NCBI RefSeq assembly: GCF_006345805.1
Contig: NC_043012.1
Coordinates: 26,102,001-26,166,000, forward strand
DNA from: Octopus sinensis
Lineage: Eukaryota
Direction of reading: 5' to 3'
DNA: 64,000 bases
Below, in pieces: positions 40,601 to 53,312 of the stretch (the stretch's first letter is position 1; each line of letters begins with the position of its first letter). The notes under the pieces are model-generated. The model was not told where the DNA came from. It searched no databases and saw nothing but the letters and a program-made list of their open reading frames with translations. Position numbers and translations under genes: made by a program.

Positions 40601-42205
40601 AGGCAAGCTCAGGCAAACAGCTTCTGTTAAATTAGATATTGACACTACCATCAAGGAACTTGACCCACAGGAAAGTTACAAATACCTAGGAATCAACGAA
40701 GGAGATGGTATACATCATGCTACTATGAAGAAAAAAATAAGAAAGGAATACTATAGGAGAATAAGGCTTGTACTGAAGACTGAACTCAACTCCAAAAATT
40801 GCATTGAGGCCATTAACACCCTGGCACTTCCAGTAGTCCAGTACAGTTTTAACATCATTAACTGGAACCTTACGGAACTCCAACGCTTGGACAGGAAGAC
40901 AAGAAAGTTACTGACATCCAAGAGCATGCACCACCCTAAGGCAGATGTAGACCGCTTGTACCTACCTAGAAGCAGCGGGGGGAGAGGAATGATGCAATTA
41001 GAGCTGTGCTATAAGACCTCTACTGTAGGAATGAACAGGTACCTATCTAGTACAAAGGAATGGATGCTGCGACTTGTGTGCGAACACGAAAGCAGCAAAA
41101 AGCTACATTCTATTGTGAATGAAGCTTATAAGTTCGAAAGGGATCTAGACATTAACCTTGAATCAGATGAAGAGCCGGAAACCACTGCTACCAAGCAAGC
41201 AAAGCGAATCAAGCAGACTGCAAAAAAGAACGGGCAGAATCAAATTGAGAGGCGGTGGAGCCAGAAGCCCCTGCATGGACAATATATTCTCCGAAGCCAA
41301 AATGCTGATGTAGACCAAGCAACAACCCATCAGTGGCTGAAGAGCTCTGGATTGAAAGCAGAGACTGAAGGTTTCATAATGGCAGCACAAGATCAAAGCT
41401 TGTTTACCAGAAATTACCAGGCTAACGTTCTCCGAAACGGTACTGACCCTAAATGCAGATTCTGCGACACATTTGACGAAACGATAGACCATCTCGTTTC
41501 GGGATGTCCTGTGCTGACACCAAACGAATACAAAAATCGCCACGATAGGGTAGGACAGTATATACATTGGAAGATATGTAAACACTACAAATCCGACACT
41601 CCTGCTAACTGGTATGAACACCATCCTCAGCCAGTTGTTGAAGGTAAAGATGTCACCATCCTCTGGGATTTTCCAGTCAACACTGACAGAACGATCAAGC
41701 TAATCGACCAGACATAATTGTTAAAGACAGGGAAGAAAATACCTGCAGACTAATAGAAGTAAGCGTCCCCACTGATAAAAATGTATCTGTCAAGGAATTT
41801 GACAAATTAGTAAATATAAGGACCTGGAAATCGAAATACAGAGGATGTGGAATCTTAAAACAAAAACTGTTCCTGTTATTGTAGGTGCCCTAGGTATGAT
41901 AAAAAAGGGATGTCAGAAACACCTAGACAATATCCCTGGAAAACCATGTCTCAAGGAAATCCAAAAGATTGTGCTAACAAGTACTGCCCACATCCTTAGA
42001 AAAACCCTATCAATGTAAATGTTTGTGTTTGCATTACATGGAGATATATCTCTACTTCCCCTCCCCAAGCTTTCAGCTATATTTCAACAACTCTTAACCT
42101 TCACTTGCCCTAGGGCGCTGGGTGTGCCCCGGCAGGTGATTGCATCAAACATGCAGATTAAAAGTAAATGACAATGATAATAATAATAATAACAATAATA
42201 ATAAT
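37651..42205 (+). mobile_element. R4/Dong-clade non-LTR retrotransposon (RT + CCHC + restriction-like endonuclease), near full length, flanked by (TAA)n
   Basis: (TAA)n at 37628-37650 and a (TAA)n tail at about 42177-42205. One long frameshifted ORF runs 38327-42018. The 5' boundary is inferred from the TAA tract. Confidence 0.9.
38327..42018 (+). pseudogene. R4/Dong ORF (Myb-like N-terminus, RT, CCHC knuckle, PD-(D/E)xK endonuclease) with about 8 small deletions
   Basis: KWTREDY...RRDIIKNKRL; NYRPITCL; GCKDQLLIN; AWIDYRKAYDSVPH; (F)QGDSLSPLLF; YMDDLKLF; YKYLG; CRFCDTFDETIDHLVSGC; RHDRVG; NRPDIIVKD...LIEVSVP...KYKDL; ends STAHILRKTLSM* at 42018. Confidence 0.92.
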
Positions 42206-42311
42206 GATATTTAAAGAATATAAGTTTTAGCTTGAAGTAATGACTGCATGGTTTCCTTATATATTTGTGTTAGTCCATCCATGAAGAATGGGGTAGAAAA
42301 AAGAGGTATGA

Positions 42312-42960
42312 TCAGCGAGGAGTTTGCATATTAAGATGCGTTTTGAATTTTTCAATAAAGAGATTCTCCTTGTTAATTCTCTCCTGTGTGGTGATTCCGT
42401 CTTTACAATGGTAGAAGGGGGGTATGTAGAATTTGGGATTTTTGTCTTTAGCGCATGAGTCTATGTGGTCACTCAGTGGGATTTGCCGGTATTCGGGGAG
42501 ATTTATTTGTTCTTTATGCACCGCTACTCTTTAACGTAACGAGAGGCTCGTTTGTCGAACATAATTATGTTGGCAGTCGGCGCATGTGAGAACGTAGATA
42601 AGGTTCTCGGAGGAACAGGAGAAGTTGGTCTTGATTTTAAACTTCGTTCCTTGTTTGAAGATAAATTCAGAGCTTTCACGTAGGAAGGGGCAGGTGCCAC
42701 AGTTTGGGCGTGCACATTTTTTAACTGCTGGTGGTGGATGTGGTGTGTGAAGTTTGGCATTTGTCAAGAATTTTTTTTTGTCAAGAGTTGCCTTTTACAT
42801 TTGAGGATTTTGTGTGTATTTATAATGTTTATCATGTTTGGGTCTGTTGACAGTAGACTGAGGTTTTGTATGATTGTGGTGTATGCTACGATATTTTTGG
42901 GGTTGTGGGTGTAAATGTATGGAAGTATTTTGGGGTTGTGTGTGGTGTTGGGTTGGGTAA
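42312..42960 (-). pseudogene. Penelope linker + GIY-YIG endonuclease fragment (family distinct from PLE1)
   Basis: LPYIYTHNPKN, CARPNCGTCP, NFSCSSENLIYVLTCADCQHNYVRQT, YRQIPLSDHIDSC, ENLFIEKF are collinear with PLE1 LPYISTHNP, CNRPNCGIC, CASENLVYVLTC, YRKIALSAHID. Confidence 0.88.
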
Positions 42961-43016
42961 AACAATGTAATTTTCTTTTTCCCCCCTCCTCACATTTAAA
43001 AAAAAAATTTTCTTTA

Positions 43017-43060
43017 TAATTCTTGAAAAGTCACATTATGACGAAAACCGGTGTGAATTA
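43017..43060 (+). ncRNA. Minimal type-I hammerhead-like motif in PLE2 pLTR arm
   Basis: TAATTC-TTGAAAA-GTCA(CATTA)TGAC-GAAA-ACCGGT-GT-GAATTA: 6-bp stem I, 4-bp stem II, palindromic stem III; the cleavage triplet looks degenerate. Confidence 0.62.
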
Positions 43061-43190
43061 ATATATATATTTTTATCAATTCTTCAAAATTTTCCATACA
43101 CATTTTCATTAAAATTTCTGCCTTTTTACAATTTTTCCTTGCCTATCATCTCCACGTGCGGTCAACACAACCCCACCATTTATTGATTTG

Positions 43191-43248
<58 letters not shown>

Positions 43249-44108
43249 TTATTTGTTTCAGCATGGACGAGCAGAACTGGAATTTTACTATATTTTAAAC
43301 AATAACAAACATGCATTATTAACTTTTTAGCATTCATATTTCTCTGTCAATGTTTTTTCTTTCTGCTTTTTATGTTACGTATCATGCATTATCCCAAAGC
43401 TTCGGCATCGTGATGAACATAAAGCAGGAAGTATACATTTTTTTATTCCCAATATCTCTACCTCAAGGAGTGGCCATTATGCCATTGCATACATTTGTAT
43501 TTAACTCGTCTGTGTACACTAGAAGACGGAAGACGTTTGGTTTGAGACTCTTGTATCAGAGAATAATTTCCCCTAATAAACTTTGTGCATAAGTATACAT
43601 TCTGCTCAGCTCTGAATGGTGTTAGCGGACTGCCAGATACTTGTTTCTTTATGAAAACGTCTCTTCAGTGTCAAACACTGACGAGGCGTTTCTTTCGTTC
43701 ACAACCCGAACGAAACCTCTGTTCGTATATGTAAACCGTATGGTCCGTTATTGTTATGATAAAATTACTTGGCTTTTTAGAAATTGCTAATTGCTAGTGT
43801 TTGATGTTCTTTTACCTAACGTTTATCCCAAGTTCCACTTCTTTTACTCAAATCACAAAGGTAATAAAATAAAGTATCAATCCCTTAATAGAATCGGTAC
43901 AATAGATTATCCCTTCTCTGGACATGTTACTCGACACAGGAGCTCCCATTATCAAGAGGACGCAGGTTAGCAACGTAGATTATGAAAAACAAATTTGAAA
44001 GAAATCTAGGTAGTTACTTGGTTAGTTAGATACATAGATAGAGTGATAGAGGGAGAGAGAGAGACAGATAGATAGAAAGATAGATAGGTAGGTAGGTAGG
44101 TAGGTAGG

Positions 44109-44188
<80 letters not shown>

Positions 44189-46082
44189 ATTTAGTCTAGC
44201 CTTTGAAAACACTTTCTAATTTTCGAACTTTACTTTTCGAACTGGGAAAACAAAAGGCAGGGATAGTTGCGTCCAGATTTGAACAGAGAGCGGGTGCAGT
44301 GATGCGAAATGCAACGTCCTATCTATCGCTTACCGGAAAACCAATTAAAATTTCGACCAGCTGTCATATCATCTTTTCCAATTAATTCTACTTAATGTTT
44401 TATCACTAACATTTATCTAATTTTATAGTCTCTAAGCGCAACATGACTAGGTAATTTACTAAACGATTAATATATATCTCGAGATTTACAATACACAGCA
44501 TATCAAACGTTGAGGCCACCTGCGAATGCTACAACAATAATCGCTTCCCAATTAGTAGAAACTTTAAAGCTTCTGTTTAAAACATTACAGTACTCCGGTC
44601 TGCAAACAAATGATGTAGTCCACGCTACACTGTGCCTGTAAAGAAAAAGAGACGGGATTGGCATAGCAGGAATGTCTGATTGTTGTTGTGGCTGATCACC
44701 TTTCTTCTATAGTTAAACAACAAATTCGGTTGGAGCCAACAAGATGTCCTCTAATGACTCGATTGTTTTGCTGGAAAGAATAGCACAGGTTTCCTCAGTA
44801 CCAGAAATCATTTTCTTTAGAAAGTGGAATGAATTGACTGAGTGTTCAGTTCTAGACACACTGTGCTTGAAAACCGAGATATGGTCATGGTTGGAGCGTG
44901 GTTACTTCATGAGGATTTATGTAACATGAGGATTTATATAACCACCGTCACGGCCAACACGATCTCGAATGCAACTCTCGCCACCACCAACACAGCCACC
45001 ACTACCTCCACCACCATCACCACCACCACTCCCATTACTTACACCGTCGCCACGGTCACCACGCTCACGACCCCTTGTAACACTATCACAAATTACACCA
45101 CCATTTTCACCACTACGACCACCACCACTATGACCATAACCACAACTTACACCACCACCACCACTAGCAAAAACAACAGCAATATTTATTGCGGTAGAAA
45201 AGTAATGAGCAAGCCTTTACGTAGCCTATTGACTTACCCAAAATAACCGTCAAATCTCCCTCAGACAACATTCTAACTCTTAAAAACTTGAAGGAAGGTA
45301 CATCGTATTATGTAAATAGATATTTTATGTCTGATAAATATAATTTAAGCATAGATAGAAGATTGTAAGATGCTAAATAATCTACGTTCAGATTACATTA
45401 CGGATATCATTGCGGTTTCTTTAGAGTTTTGTCGTTTTCCTCGGTGGTTCTGGCCACAGGTTGGAAACCCGCTGACAAATCTTCTCCTTTGATATCATGG
45501 GTTAGGACCGGCAAAGGGGGAGTTCTTTTCGATCTCACGGAAGAATCGCTTTTATCGCCGGCCTGAAATTACATCTCGCTTTCTTGATAAAGAAACGTCA
45601 ACATTAGCGACTGAGTAACTTTATTTCTATGTCCCAAGTAAAAGAAACAATATTATACCAAATATTTCAGGTGGGGTGGGGTGGGGTAAGACCACATGTG
45701 TGGCACCGAGGTTAAGTGTCTTTTAATGTAACCCCAGGCAGCTCAAAGCCTTGTGGGTGGATCTAGCAGACGAAAATTGAAAGAAGCCCGTCGCAAGCGC
45801 CCACACACAAAACACACAGTGCGCACAGACACACACTACGCACACACATACACATACACGCGCACGCAAACACACACACACACACACTCAAACACACATA
45901 AGCTCTTAGATTCTCCAATGCTGTTACCACAACGGGCAACAAGACTTCTCCGGATAATCTGATCGGCGCTTCCCATTTGGCTCTGCTCGGGCTAACCTCC
46001 ATTACTATCAAGTCGTCCATATCGTCTTCCTTGGTCTTACTATCGGTCCGTTTTCGCCCATCCACCGATCACTTCCGCCACA

Positions 46083-46086
46083 TGTA

Positions 46087-46122
<36 letters not shown>

Positions 46123-46128
46123 TGTATG

Positions 46129-46162
<34 letters not shown>

Positions 46163-46748
46163 TGAATGTATGTACGTACGTACGTACGTATGTATGTACG
46201 TATGTATGTATGCATGTATGTATGCATGTATGTATGTATGTATGCATGTATGTATGTATGTATGTATGCATGTATGTATGTATGTACGTACGTATGAATG
46301 TATGTATGTATGTATGTATGTATGTATGTATGTACGTACGTATGTATGTACGTATGTATGTATGTATGTATGTATGTATGCATGTATGTATGTATGTATG
46401 CATGTATGCATGTACGTACGAATGTATGTATGTATGTATGTATGTATGTATGTATGTATGTATGTATGTATGTATGTATGTATGTATGCATACATGTATG
46501 CATGTACGTACGTATGTATGTATCTATGTATGTATGTCTGTATGTATGTATGCATGTATGTATGTATGTACGTACGTATGTATGTATGTATGCATGTATG
46601 TATGCATGTATGTATGTACGTACGTATGTATGTATGTATGTATATATGTATGTGCGTACGTATGTATATATGTATGTATGTACGTACATACGTATGTATG
46701 TATGTTGTATGTATGTATGCATGTATGCATGTACGTACGTATGTATGT
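46083..46748. repeat. (TATG)n/(TACG)n compound tetranucleotide array
   Basis: Direct reading; source of the MYVC/HTYI ORFs. Confidence 0.97.
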
Positions 46749-47063
46749 GTGAAGCAGCGTAGCCTAGTGGTTAAGGTATTCAGCTCGCTATCGTTGGGTC
46801 GCGAGTTTCCCGGCGGCACGTTGTGTCCTTGAGCAAAACATTTTATTTCCCATTGCCCCAGTCCACTCAGCTTGGAGAAATGAGCATCATCTGTATTCCA
46901 AGGGGCCAACCTTGTCACACTCCGTGTAACACTGAAACTTCCTGTGTAGTATGTGAAGGGGCACGCGTATCTATGGAGCTCTCAGCCACTTGCACATTTA
47001 TCTCCCCAGCAAGCTGTTCTGTTCATCGGATTAACTGGAACCCGCGTCGTCGTAAGCGAAGGG
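46749..47063 (+). mobile_element. SINE family C
   Basis: gtgaagcagcgtagcctagtggttaagg...ccttgagcaaaac...cgtcgtcgtaagcgaagggg. Confidence 0.75.
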
Positions 47064-47647
47064 GAACCAGTTTTTCGGGGCCTTTTGTTTTACGTATGTA
47101 TACATTTATATATATGTGCCGTGTGCTTCTGTTTGTCCCCCAATCTCCACTTAACAGCTTGTGCAGTTCGGAAAAAGGTCTTGATAGAATAAATATCAGA
47201 ATTTCAAAAACGAAAAGTAAAAAAATAGTACTGAAGTCGATTTGTCCGATCAAATCCTTCAAAGCGATGCCCCAGCATGGCCGGAGTTTAAATGATAAAG
47301 ATAACAAACGCCAAATTGTAACACCCGTTCAAAATGTAGGCAAATAAAATGCTCTCCCAGTTAAATGTTTTGATAATTTTATTACAAATTACAATTAGCT
47401 TAAATTATTCTGGCTTACAGCATGTTGTTACAGATATGTGCATACATTGATTGCTACGATATCTAAACATAAAAGAACATAAGTATAAGGGGTATAGGAA
47501 GCGGAGGAGTGGATGTGTAGTTGTGTGAGTGTAAGTGAATGTTTGTATAATGTATATAAATATATTATTTAGAATGCATCGTGGGATATGTACGAAATGT
47601 ATGTATATATGAGTACATGCAAGTACGCATACATACTTATTATATAA

Positions 47648-47876
47648 GGCGGCGAGCTGGCAGAAACGTTAGCACACTGGGCGAAATGCGTAGCCGTATT
47701 TCGTCTGCCGCTACGTTCTGAGTTCAAATTCCGCCGAGGTCGACTTTGCCTTTCATCCTTTCGGGGTCGATTAAATAAGTACCAGTTACGCACTGGTGAC
47801 GATGTAATCGACTTAATTCGTTTGTGTGTCCTTGTTTGTCCCCTCTGTGTGTAGCCCCTTGTGGGTAATAAAGAAA
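47648..47876 (+). mobile_element. SINE family A, full copy
   Basis: Closely matches 18547-18776; B box gagttcaaattcc. Confidence 0.88.
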
Positions 47877-47928
47877 CGCATACGTACTTATTATATACAT
47901 TTAAATACGTATGTATGCATATACATAT

Positions 47929-47966
<38 letters not shown>

Positions 47967-48803
47967 CACACACACACACTCCCACACACGCACACACACA
48001 TACCAGAGGTGACTCCAGGTCATCACGTCACTCGGGTTCATCACAGATATCGTCCCTCGGGTTTATTACAGATTTCGTAGAAGATAAATGCTTGCTCGAA
48101 GAATTTCGCTTCTTTCCGCAATATTTCCAGCCAAAATGACTTATATTTTATATCTTGCACAATTTCTTTCTCCATTTCTAAGTTTAGGGTAAAACACAAC
48201 TGCAAATCACAACTGACCTTTACACACTGAGGCACAGAATAACAGCAATCAAATCACGACAGCGGAGTGCACAACAAACAAGTGATTTGACTGTTACCTG
48301 TACTCTTGATAAGAGATGCCAATTAGTCTGTTACGTTTACCAGGCTCGTTCATATTAGCCCGAGTTGTGGGATGATTTTTCGTTCCTTTAAGAATATTGC
48401 AGAACGTAAACTTTTCACACATTGGAATTTAAATCCTAATCTCTATAGAAATTTATTGTTTCAAGAAAACATTGAAATTTGAATTACTTTTAACTTTTAT
48501 GATTATAGATAACAACTTGGGCTGGAGCTTCTGAGCCCGAGCTACGCCCGTTTGAATGATGTCGAGAGAACGTCTGCTACGAATATTTTTTGATACAGGG
48601 CACCTCTAAGACGACCGTCAGATGCTGAACAAATAAATAAACGATCTGTGACCAGGCTCAATAGAAGAAGCCCGAGTTATTGGCTGCAAGTCAGAGAAGG
48701 CAGAAATTAAAATTAAAATTACAAATACACGTTGAATTCACTAAATTCATACTCGGGCTAAACTCGAACAGTCCGACTACCGGTGTCGCCACTGATGTAC
48801 ACA

Positions 48804-48836
<33 letters not shown>

Positions 48837-49045
48837 CACACACACTCATACACACACACATAGACACACACATATACACACACATACATATGTATAATAC
48901 ACGTGTATATATATACATACGAATAGATAAATAAATATAAATGAATATATATAAGAATAAATGCATATTTAGAGAATATATATGCATGAGTATATAAATC
49001 TATTTGTATATGTATATATGTATGAATATGTGTATAAATATATGC

Positions 49046-49094
<49 letters not shown>

Positions 49095-49136
49095 GTATAT
49101 ATATATATATATATATGCATATATATATATACATAC

Positions 49137-49172
<36 letters not shown>

Positions 49173-49186
49173 ATGTATATATATGC

Positions 49187-49268
<82 letters not shown>

Positions 49269-49540
49269 TATACATATGGGGGTGTATGAGTGCATGTATA
49301 TACATAAATACATGGGTGCAACTTCAGAACAGTAGTCATACTACAATTACTAGACCAGTATTTGTCTTTGTTCAGAGGAAATACTGTCATTTAATATTAA
49401 ATTCCAGATGCTGCGTTCGACATTACACTCTGTAACCTGGTCTAGTTTCCGAACGTCGCTGTTATGCAATCTACATATCAAATATTACAGATTTTTTTAG
49501 CCGCTTATGTCTCACACTCTCAATTTCTTGTCTTTGTAAT

Positions 49541-49584
<44 letters not shown>

Positions 49585-49617
49585 CAGACATACAGACAGA
49601 CAGACAGACAGACAGAC

Positions 49618-49709
<92 letters not shown>

Positions 49710-50012
49710 GATATATGTATATGTGTATCCATATATACATGTATCTCACTCGCGTGATATGTAGTTGATGGAGACCCAATCTCTTAATCATTCAGTGAAG
49801 GTATACAGCAAAATGCAGATTCAATGGAGTCAATAATTATTTTCATTACCGCTTTTTATCTTAATAAATGCATTAAAACGTACATTTCATTCAGCTCCTG
49901 GAGTTTAAATTAGGCTGAAAGCATAGTCTGTCTCCTGGAGCTTACATTAGGAGTATAACACTGTCTGTCTGCTAAAAGAAGTATACCTGTTATATATATA
50001 CCTATATATATA

Positions 50013-50170
50013 AGTGGCTGTGTGGTAAGTTGCTTGTTTACCAGCCACATGGTTCCCGAGTTCAGACCCATTGCGTGGCATCTTGGGCAGGTGTCTTCTG
50101 CTATAGCCTCGGGCCGACCAAATCCTTGTGAGTCGATTTAGTAGACGGAAACTGAAAGAAGTACGTCGTA
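50013..50170 (+). mobile_element. SINE family B 5' half
   Basis: agtggctgtgtggtaagttgctt...gagttcagaccc...gtagacggaaactgaaagaagtacgtcgtata, running into (TG)n(TA)n. Confidence 0.8.
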
Positions 50171-50178
50171 TATATATA

Positions 50179-50216
<38 letters not shown>

Positions 50217-50287
50217 CATATATATATATATATTATATTTATATATACATATATTATATATTATATATATATATATATTATATATAT

Positions 50288-50376
<89 letters not shown>

Positions 50377-50395
50377 CACGCACATTTATGTGTGT

Positions 50396-50895
50396 GTAGG
50401 CGCAATGGCCCAGTGGTTTAGGGCAGCGGAATCGTGGTCGTAGGATCGATTTCCAGACCGGGCATTGTGCGTGTTTATTGAGCGAAAACATCTAAAGCTC
50501 CACGAGGCTCCAGCAGGGGGTGGTGGCGACCCCTGCTGTACTCTTTCACCACAACTTGCTCTCACTCATTCTTTCTGTTTCTCTTTGACCTGTATTTCAA
50601 AGGGCCAGCCTTGTCACACTCTGTGTCACGCTGAATCTCTCCGAGAATTACGCGAAAGGTACACATGTCTGTGGAGTGCTCAGCCACTTGCACGTTAATA
50701 AATGAGTTGCGACTTCACTGGTGACAAGCTGTATCAGCCTTTGCCTTTCCCTTGGATAACATCGGTGGCGTGGAGAGGGGAGGCTGGCATGCGTGGGCGT
50801 CTGCTGGTCTTCCATAAACAACCTTGCCCAGACTTCTGCCTCGGAGGGTAACTTTCTAGGTTCAATCTCATGGTCATTCATGACCGCAGGGGTCA
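50396..50895 (+). mobile_element. SINE family C with long 3' tail
   Basis: gtaggcgcaatggcccagtggtttagggcagcgg...ctaaagctccacgaggctcc; the tail ends catggtcattcatgaccgcaggggtc. Confidence 0.75.
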
Positions 50896-51948
50896 CAACA
50901 AAATTTATATGCATATAACGGAGCACGAACATAATTATATATATGTAATCAATATTGTATGTGTGTGTGTATGAATGTATATGTTTATATAAAGTCCTGG
51001 TAGTGTATAAAGATAGAGTATTTCCAGAGAAGCACTCAACCCGAGTAATTAATAGTGATTAATTTTCAAATGTAGAAAATCTTGGTTTCACGACGGTAAA
51101 ACCGTTGTGTGGGTATAGCGAAGAGCTAAAAATAACCTAAGTTTGAGCGACAAAGAAATACGTTAACACATCTTAAATTATCAGTTACAATTATTTCTAT
51201 ACCAACTCTAATTTCAACGGCAGTTTACGCAAAATTCGAAGTGAAAATTTAAGTAATATTCGCGCTTTTAGACATTTGAGTGGCACTTCATCAGAATTGT
51301 CTCAAAGATACAATCTGACGCACACACACACACGAAATACTTGCTACTATATTCTCTACATTCATGCTTGTCTTTAATCAAAGAGAATGCTGTAATTTCC
51401 TGATGCTAATCTGATGACGCTAATAAGGCGAGGAATCTTTTGTGCTTCGATGCCACTAACCATCTCTTTAGTTTTCCATTATCTTTTCAAGTGTCTTGCA
51501 GTTGTTGTTGTTCTTCTTCTTCCAATCAGGACTCACGCCATTAGCCACAAAGAATAATCTCTAATTCGAGCCTACTCTAAGTTACTAAGAATGCGTGTGA
51601 CAACTTGAAGATCCACCCAGCAAAGGCGATAGACTGGCGGTTGCACGGGCACGAAAACTACGTTGTTTTCCTCATTCCGTAAACGGTGGCTTTTTAACGG
51701 GTGGAGAGCTGAACCATCCTGGGATACATAGTATTCGCAATCTAGACTAAGGTCTCAAAGTTTTACCACACCATGGTTCCTCTGCTTTGTGGCAGAAGTA
51801 GGGAGCATGAGTGAGAGAAAGTTGTGGTGAAAGAGTACAGGGGGGTTCACCACCCATCCCTCGTCGGAGCATTGTAGAGCTTAGGTGTTTTTGCTCAATA
51901 AAGACTCACTTCTTCTCCTACTCCTCTTCCTTATTATTATTATTATTA

Positions 51949-51992
<44 letters not shown>

Positions 51993-52071
51993 GTCATCAT
52001 CATCATCATTATTATTGATACTATTATTAGTGTTATTATTAGTGTCATTATAATATTATTATTATTATTAT

Positions 52072-52192
<121 letters not shown>

Positions 52193-52689
52193 TCACGACT
52201 TATCGCAATATTCTGAATAACACAGTATATACAACATTAGTTAGATATAAATAAGACATCATATACAACACCACTCATTGTTTTTGTTTTTAAACATTTA
52301 TCATTTCCCGTCATCTACTTTCGATATATATCATTAGATTTCTCTTGGGCGTATTTTTATAAATATCGGATATAAATAAAAATATAACATGTACTTTTAA
52401 CTCTTTCTTTCTGTCCTTTTCTTTCTTGGTTATTTTCGACATTCTCTCTGTTTTCCTCCGTTGATATTACACCATCTCACAAAAATATAAAGATGTCTGT
52501 GCGTGTGTTTGTGTGTGTGCGTTTGTGAACCTCAGTCTTAATATACTTCTGGAATGTACAAACGGGAATATGGCTCCTGACGAAGATGTATTGCAATTAA
52601 ATTACGTATATTATTTCAGATTTGACACATACAAATTCTCCAAAATGTTAATCGCTATACACAATTCTGGAGGAGTGGCGTAACCAAGA

Positions 52690-53166
52690 TGTTACGCTAA
52701 CCAGTACCAACACAGAAAAGAATGTCTTGTTGAAGAAGCCTTTTTTATTAAACTCTGAAAGGCCTACATCAACAGATATGAACTGCACAACATTTATTAA
52801 CTATTTCGACACGGTCAATCTGCATAAAGAAAACACTACACAAGTTACAAGAACTGAACTTGGAAGATCCACCATATCCACCAGACCTTGCACCAACTGA
52901 CTATCACTTTTTCCAGGCATTAGCTAACTTTTTGCAAGGAAAAAACTTCAAATCTGAAGAAGATGCAAAAAAACAGACTTTCGTGATTTCTTCACCTCTA
53001 ACTCTCCAGAATTCGTCACTGCCGGCATAAATAAGCTGCCGATAAAATGGCAAAATTGTGTTGAAAATTTAGATGCATACTTTAATTAAGTGCATTGCTT
53101 CTGTTGAGATAAAGTAAAATAAACGTTCAGTTCGATATCGGACATTTCATTCTTAATGACTTGATA
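52690..53166 (+). mobile_element. Mariner (Hsmar1/SETMAR-like) transposase C-terminal remnant with probable 3' TIR
   Basis: 52830-53089: KTLHKLQELNLEDPPYPPDLAPTDYHFFQALANFLQGKNFKSEEDAK(fs)FRDFFTSNSPEFVTAGINKLPIKWQNCVENLDAYFN* (YSPDLAPxDY-type motif). The remnant ends at a TA next to (TA)n. Confidence 0.9.
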
Positions 53167-53187
53167 TACATACATATATACATATAC

Positions 53188-53236
<49 letters not shown>

Positions 53237-53247
53237 ATATATTATAT

Positions 53248-53279
<32 letters not shown>

Positions 53280-53312
53280 ATACATATACATATACATATA
53301 TATATATAAATA

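Larger units (their letters stand above)
37381..43143 (-). mobile_element. Second Penelope-like element (PLE2), heavily 5'-truncated, with short inverted terminal arms, interrupted by the Dong element
   Basis: GIY-YIG remnant at 42312-42960. Arms 37381-37476 and 42959-43143 are reverse complements (ggcaaggaaaaattgtaaaaaggcagaa...aattacattgtttt). Confidence 0.8.

Noticed and set aside
44842-45246. Thr-rich mucin-like ORF (also 13749-14000 and poly-Ser/Val 9476-9964)
   Set aside because: Derived from degenerate (ACC)n/(CTA)n trinucleotide repeats with no splice or signal-peptide support.
46040-46918. Long ORFs of 216-292 aa (HTYI/MYVC repeats) on both strands
   Set aside because: Translations of a (TATG)n array that lacks stop codons; not genes. 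The same applies to the YI/IY, CV, HT and LSIY ORFs throughout the window.
51410-51440. CTGATGA-CGC(TAATAAG)GCG hairpin
   Set aside because: Followed by AGGA rather than GAAA, with no stem III or stem I.
52565-52630. CTGACGA upstream of the mariner remnant
   Set aside because: No downstream GAAA with pairing stems.
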